The notes below the pieces were generated by a model. The model ran no database searches. It saw nothing but the letters and a program-made list of their open reading frames with translations, and was not told the DNA's origin. A DNA stretch of 64,000 nucleotides from Octopus vulgaris (Eukaryota), in NCBI GenBank assembly GCA_951406725.2, contig OX597831.1, forward strand, positions 32,302,001 through 32,366,000, in the 5' to 3' direction. The number at the start of each line of letters is the position of its first letter. Position 1 is the stretch's first letter. Below are positions 41,795 to 54,282 of the stretch, one piece after another. Both the position numbers and the translations under genes were made by a program.

Positions 41795-42340
41795 ATTTCT
41801 ACCACAGGTGCAAGGTCCACAAGGCCTGAAATTTTTCAAGGAAGTGGGCCAGTCAATTACATTGATTGGTGCTTAAATTATTGACCCAGAAAGGATGAAA
41901 GGCAAAGACAACCTCAGTAGAATTTGAACACGGAACATAAAGAGCCGGAAGAAACATTGCTAGTCATTTTGGCTGGTGTGTTAATAATTCTGCCAGCTTA
42001 CAACCGCTAATAATTCTTTCTAGTTTTGGCACAAGGCCAGAAATTTTGAGGGGAGGGGGAAATCATGAAAATTGTCCCCTTTACTTGACTGGTACTTATT
42101 TCCTTGACCCTGAAAGAATAAAAATGTCAGGTGGCCTCAATGGAATTTGAACCCAGAATATCAAGACAGATGAAGTGCTGTTAAGTATTTTGATATGCTA
42201 ATAATTCTGCCAACTTGACACCTTCCCCACCTTTAATAATGGTTTCAGATTTAGACACAAGACCAGCAATTTTAGAAAGAGGGGTTTAAGTTACATTGAA
42301 CCCAGTGCTTGATCGGTGCTTCTTTCATCAATCTTGAAGG
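41795..42340 (-). mobile_element. Cluster of ~3 old SINE-A copies
   Basis: Degenerate cores near 41880, 42100 and 42320. Confidence 0.7.
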
Positions 42341-43129
42341 GTTGTGATACCACTGTGGTCTTCTCTTATAACCTTGGACCAACCAAAGCCTTCCAAGTGG
42401 ATTTGGTAGATGGAAACTGAAAGAATCTTGTCATGTGTGTGTGCATGCATGTTAGTGATATGTGTGCGTGTGTGTGTGTGTCTGTATGTGTGTAAGTGTG
42501 TGTGTATCTGTACGGGTGTGTGTGTCTATGTGTGTACGTGTGTATGTCTCTGTATGCATGTGTATGTCTTTGTGTGCTTGTGTGCATGTGTACGTGTATG
42601 TCTGTATGTGTGTGTGCATGTGTCTGTATATTTATGTGCATGTGTCTAAGGATGTGTGTGTGTATGTGTGTGCATGTGTGTGTGTTACTTTGTCATGGTA
42701 TCATGTGACTATTCAACACAAGGCCACCAACATACCAGCAATGTTGTTTATTCTCAGTCTTCTGTGAAAAACATATCTGACTATTGTGAAATATAACCAT
42801 ATTTGGAAAACGGGTGAGGGTTGGTGACAGGGAGGGCATCCAGACACAGAAGAATCTGACTCAGTAAATTCTTTCTGACTCATGCAAGCTTTTAAAAATG
42901 GACACTAAAATGATGATGATGATGATGATGACAATCCCAACACACTCACTTCTCCCTGCCATCCACCCATGACAAACCAGTGGGTTAGACCTCATACAAG
43001 CAGTTATTTCATCAGAAGCCCTTTGTTTAATAAACTTCAATGTAAAGCCCTTTAGTTATCATATTTCTGTTGAAATACACTGCTGCTGGTTCAATCAATT
43101 TTGAGAATAAAGAATTTAGTAAAATACCT

Positions 43130-43361
43130 ATTTCTTTACTACCCACAAGGGGCTAAACACAGAAAGGACAAACAAGGACAGACAAACGGATTAGGTCGAT
43201 TATATCGACCCAGTGCTTAACTGGTACTTAATTTATCGACCCCGAAAGGATGAAAGGCAAAGTCGACCTCGGCGGAATTTGAACTCAGAACCTAGCGGCA
43301 GACAAAATATGGCTACTCATTACGCCCGGTGTGCTAACGTTTCTGCCAGCTCGCCCGCCTT
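43130..43361 (-). mobile_element. Young SINE-A with 17-bp TSD, inserted in a MITE
   Basis: AATTTAGTAAAATACCT at 43113-43129 and 43362-43378; CpGs retained. Confidence 0.9.
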
Positions 43362-43454
43362 AATTTAGTAAAATACCTGTCGTTATTAAGATGGCATTTG
43401 GAACATAAAATAACATGAAGTTTTGGTGGACGGTTTTAATTTAGATCACTTTAA

Positions 43455-43667
43455 CCCTTCCGATACCAATCCACCTCTGGTTCTGTAGTACAAATGTCTT
43501 GAATTCATAAGTTTTGAATTAAAATCTTATACCAAACCTTAGTCACAATTTATGCTCTTAACACTAGCTGAATGATAACTAAGTTATTTTACTAAATTCT
43601 TTGTTACATGTAAAAATTAAGTGAAAGAAACACAGAGCATCTCAAAATAAATACAGTAACGAAAGGG
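43455..43667 (+). mobile_element. piggyBac-like MITE with TTAA TSDs
   Basis: TTAA at 43451-43454 and 43668-43671; imperfect TIRs CCCTTCCGATAC / GTAACGAAAGGG. Confidence 0.75.
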
Positions 43668-43671
43668 TTAA

Positions 43672-44133
43672 TCTTTTTGTTACCATATTTCTTATTTCTT
43701 TATTGCCCACAAGGGGCTAAAAAACAGAGGGGACAAACAAGGACAAAGGGATTAAGTCGATTACATCGATCCCAGTGCGTAACTGGTACTTAATTTATCG
43801 ACCCCGAAAGGATGAAAAGCAAAGTCGACCTCGACGGAATTTGAACCCAGAACGTAACGGCAGACGATATACAGCTAAGCATTTGCCTGGCGTGCTAACG
43901 TTTCTGCCAGCTTGTTACCATATTTCTGTCGAAAAATGCTGCCCATGGTCCCACAAAAATATGGTAATTTTGAGAATAATGAAGAATTTAGTAATATAAC
44001 TTAATCATTATTAAGCTGATGTTTGAAACAAACATGAAATATTGATGGATGGTTATAATTCAGATCTCTTGAAAACAAAGAATTTGCATCACTGGACTAG
44101 GGGTGGTAAGAAGGGGTTTGAGTGTCAAAAAGG
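43672..44133 (-). mobile_element. piggyBac-like MITE copy interrupted by a SINE-A
   Basis: Reverse-orientation homology to the 33816 and 45035 copies; ends ...CAAAAAGGG|TTAA; SINE inserted at 43693-43911. Confidence 0.55.
43693..43911 (-). mobile_element. Young SINE-A with 16-bp TSD, inserted in a MITE
   Basis: TTGTTACCATATTTCT at 43677-43692 and 43912-43927. Confidence 0.9.
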
Positions 44134-44330
44134 GTTAAAGCTAGTGAGCCACAACAGACTGAAAATGTATAAGACAACCCTTCAACAAAAGAACAATTTA
44201 AAAATATAAACACAAAAACTAGTCAAAAAAAAAAGAAGTTAACAAAGGGAACAGTTTAAATGTTATTGTTGTTAAACTGTTTTTGTATTCTCAATGGATC
44301 GGAAGCTCTTGAAATTGGTGGTTCCTTTAA

Positions 44331-44533
44331 GCCTTTAGCATTCAGATTACTCTGTCAAAAGTAAGGCTTATTTATTAACATTGTTTTTAATTAATGATTA
44401 TCTTGCAGCTTCAAGATTTTGATATTCTCGGAATCACATTGTAGGATAGGTGTGAGAGGTTGGATCTGGCCAGTCTGAATATAAAATTGGTAGAATATTT
44501 GGGCTGAATGTGGCTGGTTTAAATGCCAAAGAG
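44331..44533. mobile_element. Second TTAA-flanked MITE family
   Basis: TTAA-GCCTTTAGCATTCAGA...TTTAAATGCCAAAGAG-TTAA, imperfect TIRs. Confidence 0.5.
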
Positions 44534-44623
44534 TTAAAATATATTGCGCTGCCAATCTTGATATCTTTTTGAAAGAACATTATTTACATTTGACCGATAT
44601 TTATCCTCATCATGTTTGTTGTT

Positions 44624-44669
44624 AACACAATGTTTCGGCTGATATACCCTCCAGCCTCCATCAGACGTC
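44624..44669 (-). ncRNA. Degenerate minimal type I hammerhead ribozyme motif (left arm)
   Basis: Minus strand reads GACGT-CTGATGG-A-GGCTG(GAGGGTATAT)CAGCC-GAAAC-ATT-GTGTT. This is a CUGANGA/GAAA core with stem II, carrying substitutions at core position A9 and in stem III. Confidence 0.6.
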
Positions 44670-44750
44670 TTGGGGAAATTTCAAACGTGGGTTCTCATTT
44701 CTCAGGTATTTTTCAATGTTATTATTATTAATATCATTATTATTATTTAG

Positions 44751-44821
44751 GTCACTGCCTGGAATCAAACTTGGAATCTTGGGATTAGAAGCCCATGCTT
44801 TTAACCACTACACCATATGCC
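44751..44821 (-). promoter_or_regulatory. tRNA-derived (Arg-TCT-like) Pol III A/B-box module inside the Penelope-like element
   Basis: Minus strand GGCATATGGTGTAGTGGTTAAAAGCATGGGCTTCTAATCCCAAGATTCCAAGTTTGATTCCAGGCAGTGAC. A box TGGTGTAGTGG, anticodon-loop-like CTTCTAA, B box GTTTGATTCC (CpG-decayed GTTCGATTCC). Confidence 0.65.
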
Positions 44822-44896
44822 TGTGGGCAATTATGGAGTGAACTTTTGGGCTTATAAATTTAATATTTTTCTATCCTTCCTTAATAATGTCCCTAA

Positions 44897-44942
44897 GACA
44901 CCTAATGAAGGCTGGAGGGTATATCAAGTTAAACGTTGTGTT
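44897..44942 (+). ncRNA. Degenerate minimal type I hammerhead ribozyme motif (right arm)
   Basis: GACAC-CTAATGA-A-GGCTG(GAGGGTATAT)CAAGT-TAAAC-GTT-GTGTT. Stem I (GACAC/GTGTT) and the palindromic stem III (AACGTT) are intact; the core is mutated. Confidence 0.5.
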
Positions 44943-45034
44943 AACAACAAACAAGATGAGGACAAGTATCTATCAAATGTAAATAATGTACATAATTCCT
45001 CATCTCTTAAATATAGAACTGTATTTTTGAAAGA

Positions 45035-45237
45035 GACCTGCCTGAAACTGCTCCTGTTTTTGATAGAAACTTGCTGTTTCAAAGTGATCTATGTCTAAAC
45101 TTTCCATAAAAATTTCATGTTGGTTTATGTTCCACACACCAGCTTAATAATGACTAAGTTATTTTATTAAATGTTCTAAATGAATTGAGATAAAAGTCAG
45201 TGGATTTCAAAAGAAATACAGTAACAAAAGGGTTTAA
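45035..45237 (+). mobile_element. piggyBac-like MITE remnant next to the Penelope-like insertion
   Basis: Shares internal motif and AAATACAGTAACAAAAGGG terminus with 43455-43667. Confidence 0.55.
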
Positions 45238-46744
45238 AACATTTAAATTAATTAAAGAAATTAATTGGTTAATTAACAGGAAATGTGTGTAAAAACAATG
45301 TTTGACAACAGGGTGAGGTGAGATGGGTGAAGGTCTGTAATAGTTAAACAATGGCTGCTGTACATATGGCTGTGTGGTTTTAGTGGGGGTTCAATCTCAG
45401 AGTGGGCCCCATGGGAAAGGGTCTGCCATGACAGCCACAAGTCAACACAGTTGGGGGAGACAAAAATAATGTGGAGATCTCTTAGAAAGACTGTCTTTGT
45501 TCTTGGCTAGGAGTCAATCTGTTGTCTGGTTTAACACTGTTGTTTAGTCCTTGGGCACCTCTTGTGGTGTCACTTCTGTTGTGAGCATTTGGGACTTCTG
45601 TTTGGGGAATCTCTCTTTTTACTCTCCCCGCTCCCATCTCAAGGGACCTGAAAAGGATCCTCTTTTGATTAAGCTGTTACCAAAAAAAAGAAAAAAATGA
45701 AAATGTTGATTCTGACCTACATGTCAACCCCATCTGTCCCCCACCAGCATAGGAAAACAGATTGATGATGATGATGATGATGGTAACAACGATGATAGTA
45801 ATGATGCTAATGATGGTTATCAACATCATCAATAGCATTAACACACCAGTATCATCATCATCAAAGTAATTGAAACAGTTACACACACACACACACATAT
45901 ATATACAGGCCCACACGCACACATACATACAGGCCCACACACATACACACATATATATACAGGCCCACATGCACACACATATACAGCTCCGCCACACATA
46001 CACACGCATACATACAGGCCCACACACATACACACACGCATGCTTGCATGCACACATTCTTTCATGTTGGTAGGAATGAGGGCACATTATCCGAATATTG
46101 AATTTTGTTTAACCAGTGTGCCTATGTGTTTAACAAGCCTGTGTGTGTGTGTGTGTGTGTGTGCTATATAAAGGGAAATACTAGCCACAGGCAGGTAAGT
46201 GTGGACGCGGTGGTGGTGGGGAGGTCAGGGTGTTTGAACTTAAAATTGCTTAATTATTGAACCTGAAGATAGAAGTCAGACGAGAATTCAAATACACACA
46301 CGTATGCATACCCACACACATACGCACATGCATACACACAAATACACACACATACGTATACACACATGCACACACACACATGCACACACATGCATGCACA
46401 CACACACATATGCATAGGTACACACATACGCACACATGCATACACACACACATATGCACACACTTTTGGACGACCAAACTATTTAACCTCTTTCGTTTGA
46501 GTAATTTAATTAAACTAAAATTAATTTACACCATTGATAAAAATAAATAAATATACACAGACAAAGTATATTTATATTTTAGCAGGAATAATGATTTGTA
46601 TGCGGTCGTTTTGTAGGACAGGGTAGGGGAGGGGTTCACTCATCTGAAATTCGAGTACAGTGAGGTGAACAGCATCCCTGAATGTGTGGCAAGTTCACCT
46701 CGGCTAACCTGTCCAACCCATGCCGGCATGGAAAGCAGACATAA

Positions 46745-47070
46745 AATGACAATGACAGTGGTGACAGTGATGGTGAATGATGGTCGGGGGAGGAGGGTGG
46801 TGATGACGATGATGACAAGTCATTGTGATGATGGTGATGGTGATGATGGTGATGGTGATGATGATGGTGATGATGATGATGAGGAGGATGGTGGTGATGA
46901 TTGCAATAATGATGATGATGAGGAGGAGGATAGTGGCGATGATTGCAATGATGATGATGATGATGATAGAGATGATGATGATGAAGATGGTGGAGGTGAT
47001 GATTGTGATGATGGTGGTGGTGATGAGGGTGGTGGTGATGATGGTGGTGATAATGATGGTGATGGTGGTG
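46745..47070. repeat. (GAT/GGT)n tract, extended tail of a family C copy
   Basis: Follows CCAACCCATGCCGGCATGGAAAGCAGACATAAA. Confidence 0.85.
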
Positions 47071-47529
47071 AACAAAGACCATGAGATCAGAAATGTGTTT
47101 GTACTTTAAATTTTATCAACCACAACCCTTTCGGAAAGGTTGAAAGAATCAACCACAGTGTGATTTGAACTTGGAACCAAAAGACAATGATGATGGTTAT
47201 GAAATCAGAAAAATTTCATCCTATCACACCCTACCGTCTGGTCCCCACTATTTCACTGGTATCTTAACATTATCAACCACTACCCACCCAGAAGGCTGAA
47301 AGAAGAGGGCTGGCTTAGATGAGATTTGAACTTAATATCTAAACACCCACAACTAGTTAACTACCGTAATACATTTTGTCCATCACGCTACTGTTTCAGC
47401 CAATTCCCTGCCAACATTTAATGAATTACTAACGAATTATTGATTAAAAAAGACACAAAACAATTCTTATGTTTAATTTATTAAGGGATTGGCGAGGTTT
47501 TAATGTCGCTCTTCTTATATTTTTTCTAT

Positions 47530-47778
47530 TTTATTCTTTTACATGTTTTCTTTCAGTCATTGGACTGTGGCCATGCTGGGGCAACGCCTTGAATGGTTGA
47601 GTCAAACAAACTGACCTCAATATTTATTTTGAGCTTGGTGCTTATTCTGTTGGTATTTGCTTTGCTTTGCTTTTTTTTTGCTGAATTCCCATGTAATGGG
47701 GACATAAACAAACCTACACCAGTGTGACAAACACATAAACATACACACATAAATATATATATATACATACATACATAC

Positions 47779-47819
<41 letters not shown>

Positions 47820-47862
47820 CATACATACATGCATACACAAATATATACATACATGCATACAC

Positions 47863-47893
<31 letters not shown>

Positions 47894-47910
47894 CATACAT
47901 GCATACATAC

Positions 47911-47957
<47 letters not shown>

Positions 47958-47975
47958 CATGCATACATACACAAA

Positions 47976-48022
<47 letters not shown>

Positions 48023-48258
48023 TAAGAGAGTGGTCACTATATGGCTCACTCTAGCACCAGTTAATCCAAAAGGTTTCAACCACAAAAATACATATTTCCC
48101 ATGAAAGTCAGTACGATTGTTAGCTCACACGGACATATATATATATATATACATACATGCATACATACACAAATATATATTATATATATATATATATACA
48201 TACATGCATACATACACAAATATATTATATATATATATATACATACATGCATACATAC

Positions 48259-48295
<37 letters not shown>

Positions 48296-48312
48296 CATAC
48301 ATGCATACATAC

Positions 48313-48349
<37 letters not shown>

Positions 48350-48369
48350 CATACATGCATACATACATA

Positions 48370-48402
<33 letters not shown>

Positions 48403-48680
48403 CATACATACACATATATATTAATACATACACACACATAAATACATACATACACACACACATATATATATATACATATATGTATACATACACACACACA
48501 CACACATATATATATATACACATATGGTGAGCTTCCACACAGTTTCCATCTACTGAATTCACTCCAAAAGCATTGGTTGGCCCAGGGCCAAAGCAGAGGG
48601 CATTTGCTCAAAATGCTGCACAGTGGGACTGAACCCCAAACCATGTGACTGGGAAGCAAGCTTCTTAACCACACACCAAT
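47530..48680 (-). mobile_element. SINE-B with a ~780-bp microsatellite-rich expansion in its centre
   Basis: Tail at 47530-47740, head at 48525-48680, separated by compound TA/TACA arrays. Confidence 0.7.
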
Positions 48681-49125
48681 GCTTGTTTTTTGCTTTATTT
48701 TGGTATGTTTGAGGGAAAGGGTGAGGCTGACAAAAGAAGTAGGTGGGTCATCACTACTGACCAAACACACCTATAGTCAAAGACAGAGCAAACTTTTAGT
48801 ACCTACCAGTTCCGATGATGTACCAAAAAGGAGGGTCCCCACCCACTTCAAAATAATTCCCTGTATGTGTCTCCCCCATGACCATCACTCCTGAAGCGAT
48901 TCCTAGAACCATAGGCTTTCTTAACTTTGGTGTCAAAGCATTCATAGTACCAACCTTAAAATGGCACTAATCAAAGGCATTCCAGCAGTGATCCTCCAGT
49001 CTTTTTATTATCTGTTACAAACCCAAGCTTACATTATCCACTATAATCTTTTCTTAGATAGTGAGGTGTATCTGAGGGTGATTTAGCTGCTATTTTTAAC
49101 TTAGCAGGTTGAACAACCATACAGA

Positions 49126-49389
49126 GCAATGTGTCTCAACCATTTTTTTTTTCCAACGGACCCCTTTGGTTGCTATGTTACTTGGGCGACCCTCAGCCAT
49201 TTAATGTTTAAAAATATCCCTTTACATTTTTAGAATTAAATATTAGGAATTGCATTAAAAAATTTTAAAAATTGATAAAATATTTTGCATATTGAAAAAG
49301 TATAAGCAATTTATTGCACACGAATTTTAAGAAAAAAATATCTTATACAGAGCCGCAAAGGCCATATGGTCCCAGGTGAGAACCAAGGA
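49126..49389. mobile_element. Possible degenerate hAT-like MITE
   Basis: Ends CAATGTGTCTCAACC / GGTGAGAACCAAGG resemble CAGTGGTTCTCAACC-type hAT TIRs; AT-rich interior. Confidence 0.35.
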
Positions 49390-49496
49390 CCCTAGTAAAA
49401 CAAAGCATTAAACCTTAAAAAGACTTACATCCTCAACAAAATGCTTGGCTAATGATTCTACCAGCTTATTGCCTTAATAATGACAATGATCATAAT

Positions 49497-49714
49497 AATC
49501 CTTTCTACTATAAGCACAAGGCCTGAAATTTGGAGTGAGAGGGCTAGTCGGTTACATCAACCCCAGTGTGTAACTGGTACTTAATTTATCAACCCTGAAA
49601 GGAAGAATAACAAAGTCGACCTCGACAGAATTTGAACTCAGAACATAGTGACAGACAAAATATTGTTAAGCATTTTGCCTGGCGTGCTAACGAGTCTGCC
49701 AGCTCACCGCCCTT
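49497..49714 (-). mobile_element. SINE-A
   Basis: Full-length reverse copy. Confidence 0.8.
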
Positions 49715-50743
49715 AGAATAATAATGATAATAATAATAATAATCCTGCTGTATACTACAATTCACCAGAAAAGAGTGAGGATAAGAATCAGGCATGTAAG
49801 TCTCGTAAAGTAGGAACAATAATAGCCAAAAGTACATGAATAGAGGAGAGGATAAAGGAAGACTGAAATAGGAAGAGTAAAAGAGCCACAAAGAGGGAAA
49901 AGTATTTAGGCATGCTAAGTATGATGTTAAGGAATTTCAGGAAGCAGGGAATAGCTCCTATTGGACTGACTTACAGACAAGATCAATGATGACACCTGCA
50001 CAAAAGAGTCCAGCAAATGATGGAAATTTCACAGATAAACATTGTTAAAAATATGGAGAGGGAGTTGGTGAGGAAGGTGAGAGTGTAGACCAAGTTCTAA
50101 AGCAAAGAAGACTATTTAGATCTTCAACATGATTTCTCTGTCAAGTGTTTCCTTCCTGGAAATGGTACGTTCCGGATATCAGCAGCTGTCAATGTTAAGT
50201 AGCTGTGTGTTTGTCCTTAGTGTTGCAGAACACAGGCAACAGCTGTGCTACTGTCCTACACAGAGCTAACTCTGCATGCACAGAAGACAAAAATCCTCAA
50301 CAGAAAGCTCAGAAGGGAGGGCCATCTGATGATGTGCATAGATAAATCGAGGACACCATGACAACTGTTGTGCAGAGAACTGAAACAGGGCAATTGTGCC
50401 CCAGGGTCACCCACAGAGAAAGTACAAGAACAATTTCAAATCCAACCTGAAGTGGGCCCAACTCCAGCCAAATTTGGAACAAAGGTTGTGAAATGATGTC
50501 AGTAGGCCCATTGATGCCCCAAAATAGAAAACAATTCCAATGCTGGGTTGTGGTTGCATAGCCTCAAGACAAACTATGAGAGACGAAGAGAGGTATCTGC
50601 TCTTGTCTCAATAAGTGGTGATCTATACCACAATCTAGCAGCCATAGTTACATGTCTGGCTTCAACCTGACAAGCCATGAGGGTGTCCATAGATGTTTTA
50701 ACTACAACACATTATCTTCCTTCAACTACAACACACTACAACC

Positions 50744-50775
<32 letters not shown>

Positions 50776-51086
50776 GCTTTGTGAGTGGATTTGATAGATG
50801 GAAACTGAAAGAAGCCCATTGTGTGTGTGCGCGCACACTTGGAAGCAATTGTCAGAAAGAACACCAAGCCATAGAAAATCTGCTTCAACAAATTCCATCT
50901 GATCCATGCAATCATGGAAAAGTGGATGTTAAAACAAAGACAATAGTGCTGTATATACACACATATATATATTATTTCTCAACCACATGGCTCTGGTTTC
51001 AGTCCCACTGCATGGTACCCTTGAGCCAACCAAAGCCTTGTGAATGGATCTGGTAGGTGGAAATTGAAAGAAGCCTGTCATGTGTA

Positions 51087-51147
<61 letters not shown>

Positions 51148-51183
51148 GTGTGTATACATATATATATATCTGTATGTGTATGT

Positions 51184-51214
<31 letters not shown>

Positions 51215-51269
51215 GTATATCTATGTGTGTGTGCATGCGCACGCATGTGTCTGTTTTGTCCCCCACCAC

Positions 51270-52678
51270 CACTTAACAACCAGTGTTGGTGTGTTTACAT
51301 CCCTGTAACCTAGCAGTTTAGCAAAAGAGACTGATAGAATACACACCAGGCTTTATAAAAAAAAAAGTACAGGGGTTGATACATTCAACTAATAATTCCT
51401 CGAGGCAGTGCTCCAGCATGGCTACAATCTAATGACTGAAACAAGATTATATATATACACACATAAATACACACAAATACATATTTACACACATGTATAA
51501 CCCCACCACCACCACCACATCTCTCTCTCTCACTTCGTCCCTCCCTCACTCACTCTCACATTTATTCACTCAACAAAGTGTCAAAGAATCATTAGAACAG
51601 TGGATGTAGAAAACCTCAAGGTATTTCTTCCAATGCTCTACATACTGAGTTCAAATCCCAGAGAGGTTGACTTTGCCTTTCATCCTTTCAGGGGTCAATA
51701 AAAATTTTAAAAAGCACCAATCCAGAGCAGAGAATTGGCACAATCTCCGGGTAGATGTAGTGGCGGCGGCGGTGGTGATGATGATGATGATGGTTATTAT
51801 TATTATTATATTAAGGATGGAGGTGTTGGTGGTAGTGATGATTGATGTGGTTGAGATTGTGTTGGTGGTGGTGGTGGTTGTGGCGCCGGGTGCGATAGAA
51901 GTGGCCACCTTCATACCCAGATTTCGTTTGGTATCAATGTTTGTCCGACATATCTCGTAGCCAACCAGCCAGCCAGGTAGGTAGGTAGATAGGTGTAAAA
52001 ACTGTAACGGTGCCTAATGTCCACGACACGACACGCAAGCACAGGGAAAGGCGAATAAAAACAGACCGACAGTTAGTTAAATAGTTGAATAGACACACAG
52101 ATAGACACATAAACACATAAATAAATAAATATATTCCTCAGGTTTTCTGTAAAACAGTTGTTTGATAAGCACTGACGCAATTAATAAAAACCATTTGTTG
52201 CTCTCACTTAACAACCAGTGTTGGTGTGTTTACATCCCTGTAACCTAGCAGTTTAGCAAAAGAGACTGATAGAATACACACCAGGCTTTATAAAAAAAAA
52301 GTACAGGGGTTGATACATTCAACTAATAATTCCTCGAGGCAGTGCTCCAGCATGGCTACAGTCTAATGACTGAAACAAGATTATATATATACACACATAA
52401 ATACACACAAATACATATTTACACACATGTATAACCCCACCACCACCACCACATCTCTCTCTCTCACTTCATCTCTCCCTCACCCACTCTCCCATTTATT
52501 CACTCAACAAAGTGTCAAAGAATCATTAGAACAGTGGATGTAGAAAACCTCAAGGTATTTCTTCCAATGCTCTACATACTGAGTTCAAATCCCACAGAGT
52601 TTGACTTTGCCTTTCATCCTTTCAGGGGTCAATAAAAATTTTAAAAAGCACCAATCCAGAGCAGAGAATTGGCACAAT
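51270..52678 (+). repeat. Direct duplication (51270-51744 / 52205-52678) flanking a 464-bp copy (51743-52206) of 58812-59275
   Basis: Near-identical sequence by eye; 2-bp microhomologies at both junctions (AT, CA). Confidence 0.95.
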
Positions 52679-52884
52679 TGCTTGAATCAGACACTATGCC
52701 TGTGGTTATCTGTTCCAGCCCCTTTACATTCTAACCCTAACCCCTGTGATGACACTGGTACTAAGCTACATCAGCCCTTGATGGAGGCTTTCTTCCCGGT
52801 TAAACATCGACAGCAAGGAGAAACTTGCATACATGGCAACTGTTGGTCTTCCTCAGGAAAATCTTGCCCAATCCTATACATATA

Positions 52885-53090
52885 CATCATCATCATCACT
52901 TAACGCCCGTCGTCCATGCTGGCATGGGTTGGAACAGTTTGACCAGGGCTGGCATGCTGGAAGGCTGTGCCAAGCTCCAGTCTGATTTGGCATGGTTTTC
53001 TATGGCTGGATGCCCTTCCTAATGCCAACCACTCCAAGAGTGTAATGGGTGCTTTTATGTGCCACCAGCACGGGTGCCATTTGTGTCACA
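52885..53090 (-). mobile_element. Family C retroposon
   Basis: Colinear with the 3' part of 41434-41766. Confidence 0.75.
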
Positions 53091-53612
53091 CCAGTATTTG
53101 CCATGATTGCAATCTTGCTTGGCTTGATGGGTTTTAATTCTCAAGAACAACATGATGCCAAAGGTCTTGGTCATTGCCTCCATGAGGCCCAACACTCGAA
53201 AGGAACTCAGCCACTTTGGCTCCATACATGTATAGATGACTGATGGAAGCCCTATATACATAAATCAATGGCTGTATAAATTCAAGTATATATGTGAATG
53301 GTTTCTATACCGTTTTCACAAATTAGAGAGATAGAAAGAGAGGGAGAGAGGAGGGGGAGAGAAAAAGATAGATTGATAGAGGGAGAAATAGACAGGTACA
53401 TAGATGAAAAGATACATAGTATATAGATTTGTACACAGAGATATACATATATCTATAGGTAGATATGTAGGTAAATGAACAGGTAGATGGATAGGTAGAT
53501 AGAGAAATAGCAGAAACCTCAGGGTACATTTGTATATATCGTGGAAAATAATGTAGAAGTAGTCACACACACCCAAAGTGAACATTGCTTTACAAAGGAG
53601 AATTACAATAGC

Positions 53613-53647
<35 letters not shown>

Positions 53648-54075
53648 ATACACACATATTTACACACACTTACACACACACATGTATATACACACACATG
53701 AAAGTTTGTGTGTGTGTGTGTGTGTGTGTATTTACAATGTATTTGTGTGTCGTGAGTATGCATTTACATTAGAATAACAATTGCAGGAACACCTTGATAA
53801 TAGTGAAAGAGAAAGTCCACAGACAAGAGGAGGAAGTGTTAGAAAAAGAAAGAGACAGACAGACGGAGGGAAAGAAAAAGAGAAATGGAGAGAGGGAGAG
53901 CCTCCTCTGGAGAGAAAAGAAAAGGGAGAGAGAGAGAGAGAAGGCTGGATGGGGTGGAAAGCAGAGAATTAAAGAGGAAAGCTTAATGTTAATCAGTTGG
54001 GTAGCAATTAATACTGTTGATTGCTTTCTCCTCTTTTCTCCTTCCACCCTGGGTATATATATGTGTGTGTGTGTG

Positions 54076-54129
<54 letters not shown>

Positions 54130-54232
54130 TATGTGTGTGTGTGTTTATGCATGTATGTATATATATTGATAGGATAGACTCTTAGTGCATTATATACAAC
54201 AGAACAATACATTCATGTGATTCCACCAACAG

Positions 54233-54282
<50 letters not shown>

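Larger units (their letters stand above)
44577..45023. mobile_element. Non-autonomous Penelope-like element: inverted ~100-bp arms with hammerhead-like motifs, internal tRNA-like module, 34-bp tail, 11-bp TSD
   Basis: Arms 44577-44676 and 44890-44989 are reverse complements with mismatches. TTTTTGAAAGA flanks both sides (44566-44576, 45024-45034). Unpaired 34-bp extension at 44990-45023. Confidence 0.75.

Noticed and set aside
46165-46200. TATATAAAG followed by a CAG|GTAAGT donor on the plus strand
   Set aside because: The donor falls at about the expected TSS distance, leaving no room for an exon; the TATA abuts a (TG)n tract.
46636-47109. Poly-His/poly-Asp ORFs
   Set aside because: Expanded (GAT)n tail of a family C retroposon.
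49745-50700. Complex non-microsatellite stretch, possibly a decayed LINE or other TE
   Set aside because: No ORF or motif I could confidently recognise; needs a translated search.
52731-52743. CTAACCCTAACCC telomere-like motif
   Set aside because: Only two units; expected by chance.
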